NCBI GenBank assembly: GCA_046710535.1
Contig: JBKEHH010000014.1
Location: 13,927-77,926 of the forward strand
DNA from: Pseudomonadales bacterium
GTDB taxonomy: Bacteria > Pseudomonadota > Gammaproteobacteria > Pseudomonadales > CAWVSB01
Length of the DNA: 64,000 nucleotides
Reading direction: 5' to 3'
This document shows positions 58,506 through 64,000 of the stretch, piece by piece (within the stretch, counting starts at the first letter, position 1; each line of letters begins with the position of its first letter). The translations under genes were made by a program, and so were the position numbers. The notes below the pieces were generated by a model, which was not told the origin of the DNA, made no database searches, and saw nothing but the letters and a program-made list of their open reading frames with translations.

Positions 58506-60000
58506 TGGGTTGCTCGACAGCGAGGCGAAGTACTTCTTCGATATTGGTTTCTAGATTTGATACTTTTTCTAGCCCTGAAGTTACCAGCGATCGATGGTCG
58601 TTGGGCAGTTGCTGCGCAATGACTTGCTCGCTTTCAGCTTTCGTAATGAGGTGTTTGAGTTTGTCGTCAATAATTACGAGTTCATATACAGCACTGCGGC
58701 CATAAAACCCTGTGTTGTTACACTCTGCGCATCCCTCTGGATGGGCTAGTTCTTGTGGTGGTTTAAGTTTATAGGTATTGAAGATATCGATTTCGTGCAC
58801 TGTGATTGGACGAATAATTTTGCAGTTATCACAAAGCTTTCGCACCAGTCTCTGAGCCATTACAGCGCTTAGACTGGAAGCTAGCAAATAGGATTCGACC
58901 CCCATATTGGTTAAGCGAGTAATCGCCCCAACAGCAGTATTTGTATGAAGCGTTGATAGGACGAGGTGGCCAGTGAGGCTAGCCTGTACGCCTATAGATG
59001 CCGTCTCGTTGTCTCGTATTTCCCCTATCAATATAACGTCTGGGTCTTGTCTAAGCATTGATCTTAAGCCGCTGGCAAATGTCATGCCAGATTTTTCATT
59101 GACTTGTGTTTGAGAGATGCCTTCTATATCGTATTCGATTGGGTCCTCAATAGTCAGGATATTACGTCGTAGCATGTCGATCGATTGGAGTGCTGCATAT
59201 AGTGTTGTGGTTTTGCCCGAACCTGTCGGGCCTGTCACTAGAATAATACCGTGCGGTTGAGCAATAAGCTTTTTGATGCTGCCCAGTAGTTGAGCATCCA
59301 TGCCTAAATTCGTTAGTTCGTAATTATTAGCGCCGTGAGCAAGTAAACGCATAACGATACGCTCACTTCTTTTTGTCGGCAGTGAAGATACTCGTACATC
59401 CATATCCGTGCCTAGTAATTGCATGGAGAAGCGGCCGTCTTGAGGTTTTCTCTTTTCAGCAATATCCATTTTCGACATCACTTTAATGCGCGATAATAAA
59501 AGATGGCCAATACTTCGATGCACCGATGCTGCTGACTGCAATACCCCGTCTACACGATAGCGAATCGTTAACTTGTCTTTACTGGTATCAATATGAATGT
59601 CTGACGCACGGCGTTTTAATGCTTCAACAAGCATAGCATTGACGAGTCTGATAACTGGAGCTGCATCCTCGCTATCTAGTAAATCAACTTTGTTGCCAAT
59701 ATCTAGCAGCGCATCACTTAACCCTTCGTTACCTGATAATGTATTTGCATCGGCAAATTCCTTACTTTTAGTATCTTCGTAAGTTTCGTAAGTTAGCTTT
59801 GCTATGTCTTCTTGACTCAGCAATTCTAGCTTTATTGACTTGTCTAAAAAACGCCTAACTTCCGCTAGTGCAGCTATTGGCGTTTTGTCTGAATATGACA
59901 CACACGGTTGTTGGTCTAACGTGTTGACGACGATATCAAAGCGTTTAGCCCACTGAATAGGGATACTATTCATCTTCTGGGGTTTCGCTGGGCTGTTCAT
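58498..60000 (-). CDS. gspE: T2SS ATPase GspE
   Basis: DLLDSEDAAPVIRLVNAMLVEALKRRASDIHI, Walker A GPTGSGKTT, Asp/His boxes and the tetracysteine motif CDNC...CAECNNTGFYGR. Confidence 0.95.
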   Translation of the reverse strand: MNSPAKPQKMNSIPIQWAKRFDIVVNTLDQQPCVSYSDKTPIAALAEVRRFLDKSIKLELLSQEDIAKLTYETYEDTKSKEFADANTLSGNEGLSDALLDIGNKVDLLDSEDAAPVIRLVNAMLVEALKRRASDIHIDTSKDKLTIRYRVDGVLQSAASVHRSIGHLLLSRIKVMSKMDIAEKRKPQDGRFSMQLLGTDMDVRVSSLPTKRSERIVMRLLAHGANNYELTNLGMDAQLLGSIKKLIAQPHGIILVTGPTGSGKTTTLYAALQSIDMLRRNILTIEDPIEYDIEGISQTQVNEKSGMTFASGLRSMLRQDPDVILIGEIRDNETASIGVQASLTGHLVLSTLHTNTAVGAITRLTNMGVESYLLASSLSAVMAQRLVRKLCDNCKIIRPITVHEIDIFNTYKLKPPQELAHPEGCAECNNTGFYGRSAVYELVIIDDKLKHLITKAESEQVIAQQLPNDHRSLVTSGLEKVSNLETNIEEVLRLAVEQPND

Positions 60001-61936
60001 TAACTTCTGAGGGCTGTTTGTTGGCAGCCCTATTTTGCTCTATAAATTCTTCTAACACTGAACCTGAACCAGGCAGTAAGAAATTATCAAGATCTTCATT
60101 CATGTCGTACTGATTTAGCTGCATTTGTTTGTAACGCTTTTTCGTCACTAAGTTGTTATCACTTTCTGTGTACAATATTTTTGGGTGTAAAAATACCATC
60201 AGGTTTTTCTTGACGATTTTATCGGAGGTGCTTTTAAATAGGCGCCCCAAATATGGAATATCACCGAGCAAGGGGATTTTACTTTCCGTCTGAGTGATCT
60301 CATCGCGAATTAATCCGCCTAATACTAAAATCGCATCATCATCAATTAACACATGAGTATTGATAGCACGCTTGTTGGTGACGATATCAGCTGTGGTAGC
60401 AGAGGTATCCGAGATGCTTTCTACAGTCTGATTGACTTCGAGATTAATTGAACCGTCATTATTAATACGCGGTTTAACTTTAAGCGTGACACCAATATCT
60501 TGGCGCTGAATAGTTTGAAATGGATTGTCGGTTGAAGATGATGCATTGGTAGATTGTCCGGTAATAAACGGTACGTTTTCTCCGACCAATATTTCAGCCT
60601 CTTCATTGTCTAGCACAACAATGGTTGGTGTAGATAACACGTTCGCAGCCGTATCGTTTTCGAGTGCGCGTATCATGGCGCGTAACTGGTCGTCTTTAAA
60701 CAACCCCAATGTTAGTCCTGACGCTATGGTAGGAGGGGATATGATATTGATATTCTTGGTGATAGTGTTTTGCCCTGCAAATACACCGTCGCTAGGAACA
60801 TCGGTTTGCCATTGTATTCCTAAATCTTTTAGTCGTTCTTCGTTAACCTCGACAATCAGAGCTTCCACAAGTACTTGCGCTCTGCGAATATCCAATTGAT
60901 CGATAATAGCGCGAAGCGACTTGATAATGTCGGGTGAGCCGGTGATAACCAGTGAGTTGGTTTGTTCATTGATTTCTATGGTAGTTTCGATGCGCTCACC
61001 AGGAGAGCTAACATTGCTTCGTAGCCCTGTGGCAACAGCTCGTAATGTCGGCATAAGTTTTGCGGCTTCAACATAATTGAGAAAAATAACTTGCGCATTT
61101 CCCTGGGTGTCTTGTGGGTTATCTAGCCTTCCTATGAGTATGCGCAACTGTCTTTTTTCAGACGAATTTCCAGCGATCAATATGCTATTAGTTCTTGGCT
61201 CCGCCACAATGGTGATTTTGCTATTCGCCGATGATTTTTGCTTAGCAGTTATTTTATTCAGTATGTCGACAATCTTGCCGGCATCTGCATAGTTAATAGC
61301 AATAATCTCTGCGTCAACATCACTGGTAATGTCGAGCTTGCTAATGATCGTAAGCAAATGTTCAATTTGTTGGTAGCGGCCAGAAATTATCAACGAATTC
61401 GTGCTGGGTTCAGCAATCAGCGAGCTGCCTTTGGCCGCGAGAGGTTTTACCAGATTGATGGTCTCGCTGGCATCAATATGCTTTAGACGAACTATTTTGG
61501 TGATGTTGTTTTCACTGGCTTGTGAAGATGACTTCTCATCAATCAGGGGGCTAGTGGGTTCAGTACCATTTGGAATTATTTTGATGACATCATCAAGCTC
61601 AATGGCTGAATAGCCGTGAACTTCTAATGTTGATAAGAAAACGTCATAAGCTTCTTTCTTGCTCATCGGATCACCCGCCAAAATAGTGACCTGACCGCTA
61701 ACCGACGGATGAATGACGATATTTTTGGTTACCAGAGTTGATGCCCAACGAATAAGTTCGCGAATATCGCCTTGCTCCATAGAAATCGAGATATTTCTTT
61801 CTTGGGATTGTTCAGCTGTAATGGCGTCAGTGGGTATGACTACTAGCACTGTGGTCAAAAAAATCATGACAAAGCTGTTGAGCCTATGGTTAACCCTTGA
61901 CGCAAACGCTTTTTTAATTGATGGGGTAAACAGCAT
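59966..61936 (-). CDS. gspD: T2SS secretin GspD
   Basis: N0-N3 domains (DIRELIRWASTLVTKNIVIHPSVSGQVTI...) and a secretin core (VPFITGQS...IPLLGDIPYLGRLFKS...NLMVFLHPKIL). Confidence 0.95.
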   Translation of the reverse strand: MLFTPSIKKAFASRVNHRLNSFVMIFLTTVLVVIPTDAITAEQSQERNISISMEQGDIRELIRWASTLVTKNIVIHPSVSGQVTILAGDPMSKKEAYDVFLSTLEVHGYSAIELDDVIKIIPNGTEPTSPLIDEKSSSQASENNITKIVRLKHIDASETINLVKPLAAKGSSLIAEPSTNSLIISGRYQQIEHLLTIISKLDITSDVDAEIIAINYADAGKIVDILNKITAKQKSSANSKITIVAEPRTNSILIAGNSSEKRQLRILIGRLDNPQDTQGNAQVIFLNYVEAAKLMPTLRAVATGLRSNVSSPGERIETTIEINEQTNSLVITGSPDIIKSLRAIIDQLDIRRAQVLVEALIVEVNEERLKDLGIQWQTDVPSDGVFAGQNTITKNINIISPPTIASGLTLGLFKDDQLRAMIRALENDTAANVLSTPTIVVLDNEEAEILVGENVPFITGQSTNASSSTDNPFQTIQRQDIGVTLKVKPRINNDGSINLEVNQTVESISDTSATTADIVTNKRAINTHVLIDDDAILVLGGLIRDEITQTESKIPLLGDIPYLGRLFKSTSDKIVKKNLMVFLHPKILYTESDNNLVTKKRYKQMQLNQYDMNEDLDNFLLPGSGSVLEEFIEQNRAANKQPSEVNEQPSETPEDE

Positions 61937-61951
61937 AAAATGAAAAATCCT

Positions 61952-62599
61952 TTATTGATCTCTTTTGGCGCGAAGTTTTCCCAGTCGATCACTAAGTTGG
62001 GAATAATTCTCTGAACTTCGCCTTACCAGCGGCTGCTGTTGCAGAGATGTATTTCGACCTAGGTTTTCGGCAGGCGTTGATACGGTTGGTTGATTGGTTG
62101 GCGTGGTGTAATGTGCATTATTATTTTTGTTAGACGCTAGCGCTTTTGCAGTAGGAAGCAACAGTGTTTCAAAGGCATCATCGCGTTTGATAGTGACTCG
62201 GTCGCTAAAGACCTCATGTAATGTCACGCCATCGGCGATGGTATCTTGTGTTAAAAACAGTTTTGCAGTGTTACGGGCGATAGCTATCAGCGCAGAGGAG
62301 TTTTCAGAGTTCTTTTTTACAAAGGTCGCAACTAAGCGTAGATCAAGATTTGTGGTCGGCAGGGCTTTAGGTGCCTTTATTGTTTTAACTGATTCGGCTT
62401 TTCCAAAAGGATGCAGGTCTGCAATCGAACTCAGTTTTAAGGCAGTACTATTTTGAGCGCTTGTTGTAAGTTCTGTTAATGCCAAATCGTATGCTACCGG
62501 GGTAGATAGCGCAGGCGCCAAATTGGCTATTAGAGTATAGCCAATCATGACGGTGGCGAGGATTATCGCACTTGCTGTTGTGGTCGTCGAAGATGACAT
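61952..62599 (-). CDS. gspC: T2SS GspC-like protein without PDZ domain
   Basis: N-terminal TM, an HR-like region (LHPFGKA...LDLRLVATFV...SSALIAI...LHEVFSDRVTIKRDDAFETLLLP) and a polar/basic C-terminal tail instead of PDZ. Confidence 0.55.
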   Translation of the reverse strand: MSSSTTTTASAIILATVMIGYTLIANLAPALSTPVAYDLALTELTTSAQNSTALKLSSIADLHPFGKAESVKTIKAPKALPTTNLDLRLVATFVKKNSENSSALIAIARNTAKLFLTQDTIADGVTLHEVFSDRVTIKRDDAFETLLLPTAKALASNKNNNAHYTTPTNQPTVSTPAENLGRNTSLQQQPLVRRSSENYSQLSDRLGKLRAKRDQ

Positions 62600-62794
62600 T
62601 CGATGGTCTAGTCCATTAAATTACGCTAGTAACAGTATTCATTCCTGCAACAGATCGTTACAATCAGCTGCTTAGTATAATTTACCCTAAGATAAGTTCG
62701 CTATCGTAATCTTTTCAGACTTGACTCACAAGGATAGCTTCGAGGGTAGTAGGTTGTTGTCCTACTTAAAGGAACAGGAGTTAAATAAGGGAAA

Positions 62795-64000
62795 ATGCCT
62801 CGTTATCGTTATAAAGCCATAGATGTGAATGGTGCCTTGCTCAATGGTGAGCTTGAAGGAGTAAGCGAGAGAGAAGCGCGGCAGAGCCTGCGCGACACGG
62901 CGTTAAAACCCGTTGAAATATGGCAGATCAAAGAGTATCGACAATTCACTGATTATTTTAGTCGCCATAGCAACGCGCCCCCCAAGCTAAATTCTGCAGA
63001 TCTTGCTGAAATCACGCGTCAACTAGCAACATTATTAGGTTCTGGTATGTCGCTAGATCAATCGCTCGGTGCGATTGCGTTATCCAGTGAGAATACTGCC
63101 AAGTCAGTGATCAACGAACTTAAAGTGTCAGTATTGGAGGGGCAAAGTTTAGCAAATAGTATGATGCGCTTTCCCAAAGCGTTTCCAACAATGTATAGCG
63201 CGATGATTGCATCAGCGGAACAATCAGGAAATTTAGAGTCAGTTTTAGAAGAGCTGGCTGATTACACGCAAGAACAGCATGACAATACACGTAAGATTCA
63301 AACCGCATTGATTTATCCTGTCATGTTAGTGGTGTTGGCGATTGTGATTGTCGCTGCGCTGTTAACGTGGGTGGTTCCAGATATTGTCGCGGTGTTTGAC
63401 GAGCAAGGGCAGAGTTTGCCATGGATGACCAAGGCGTTAATGGCCGTTAGTTACTTTTTTAGTCACTATTGGTTTTTGATGCTTGTTGGCATTATTTTAG
63501 TAGTTGTTCTAATACGTCTTTTGCTGCGTAAAACTGAATATCGATTACGGTGGGATAAAGCATTCCTATCGCTTCCTTTGTTTGGCGATTTATCGCGCGG
63601 AATAAATTTAAGCCGCTTTGTTAATACCTTGCATAATTTGGTTGCCAGCGGCGTGCCTTTGGTTGATAGCTTAAGTATTGCTTGTGAAGTGTTGACCAAC
63701 CAGCATTTAAAATTTCATATTTTAGCAGCTGCAATAAACGTGCAAGAAGGTGAAAGCTTGCATGTGGCGCTTAACAACACACAAGAGTTTCCGTCATTGA
63801 TGATTCATATGATTCATAACGGCGAGGTGTCAGGAGAGCTGCAGCGCATGCTGGCAAAAGCAGCGCTATTACAGCAGCGTAAAGTGGATCAAACATTGGC
63901 GACCGCAATTAGCCTATTTGAACCTGTTGCATTGTTAGTGATGGGCGTGATGGTGATGGCAATTGTTGTGGCTATATTGCAGCCGATTTTTGGATTGAAT
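62795..64000 (+). CDS. gspF: T2SS inner-membrane platform protein GspF (3-prime end just beyond window)
   Basis: Own translation from the ATG at 62795: MPRYRYKAIDVNGALLNGELEGVSEREARQSLRDTALKPVEI...LATLLGSGMSLDQSL...MIASAEQSGNLESVLEELA...LFEPVALLVMGVMVMAIVVAILQPIFGLN. 402 codons are open to the window end. Confidence 0.9.
   Translation, partial: MPRYRYKAIDVNGALLNGELEGVSEREARQSLRDTALKPVEIWQIKEYRQFTDYFSRHSNAPPKLNSADLAEITRQLATLLGSGMSLDQSLGAIALSSENTAKSVINELKVSVLEGQSLANSMMRFPKAFPTMYSAMIASAEQSGNLESVLEELADYTQEQHDNTRKIQTALIYPVMLVVLAIVIVAALLTWVVPDIVAVFDEQGQSLPWMTKALMAVSYFFSHYWFLMLVGIILVVVLIRLLLRKTEYRLRWDKAFLSLPLFGDLSRGINLSRFVNTLHNLVASGVPLVDSLSIACEVLTNQHLKFHILAAAINVQEGESLHVALNNTQEFPSLMIHMIHNGEVSGELQRMLAKAALLQQRKVDQTLATAISLFEPVALLVMGVMVMAIVVAILQPIFGLN

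Noticed and set aside
1-64000. Many 60-160 aa ORFs in the supplied track lie antisense to or nested inside long, motif-bearing genes. Examples: 799..990, 1016..1339, 9706..9936, 10002..10346, 11499..11735, 12858..13076, 13113..13373, 19691..19888, 22740..23634 set, 26771..27200, 28203..28427, 30412..32804 set, 34278..34493, 35886..36391, 36621..36875, 38377..38830, 40578..40787, 43085..43330, 47340..47624, 48836..49373, 54700..55223, 58115..58705, 59597..59782, 60421..61943 set, 62127..62456, 63120..63699.
   Set aside because: Each overlaps a much longer ORF with clear family motifs on the other strand or frame. Their compositions are typical of shadow ORFs and none shows a recognisable motif.

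Overview
64-kb chromosomal window from a moderately AT-rich gammaproteobacterium. It has the enterobacterial/vibrio-type neighbourhood mltD-gloB-(yafS-like methyltransferase)-rnhA-dnaQ and marine Alteromonadales-like gene content. The taxon cannot be fixed from sequence alone.

Positions 1-46 kb are mostly core genes:
- a D-aminoacylase-family amidohydrolase;
- a HupE/UreJ metal transporter;
- SDRs;
- an Opp/Dpp-type peptide ABC operon headed by an M3 peptidase;
- SohB;
- an FAD oxidoreductase plus a TonB-dependent receptor;
- an RND pump with its adaptor;
- a small K+ channel;
- sat-cysC;
- a LysR regulator followed by NMO, GST and SDR genes;
- a patatin lipase with a DEDDh exonuclease;
- a SpoU methyltransferase.

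Positions 46-64 kb are accessory-like. They hold duplicated or decayed small genes and a lipoprotein hydrolase. Next comes an intact Tn7-like tnsA-tnsB-tnsC-tniQ module with no tnsE and no CRISPR-Cas. A short, divergently transcribed tyrosine recombinase follows, then about 0.5 kb of non-coding DNA rich in TGT/ACA-ended repeats. The last block is an atypically organised type II secretion cluster: gspC-D-E-L-M on the minus strand and gspF divergent on the plus strand.

Two other points stand out:
- The density of decayed genes is unusually high, about ten loci. They include nhaB, mtfA, an acyl-CoA thioesterase, an SPFH gene and an NspS/MbaA-like pair.
- There is a Rho paralogue consisting only of the ATPase/translocase domain.

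No rRNA, tRNA or CRISPR array was recognised by eye. The transposon boundaries and attachment site could not be resolved from this window. All homology statements come from reading the translations and recalling family motifs; no database search was run.
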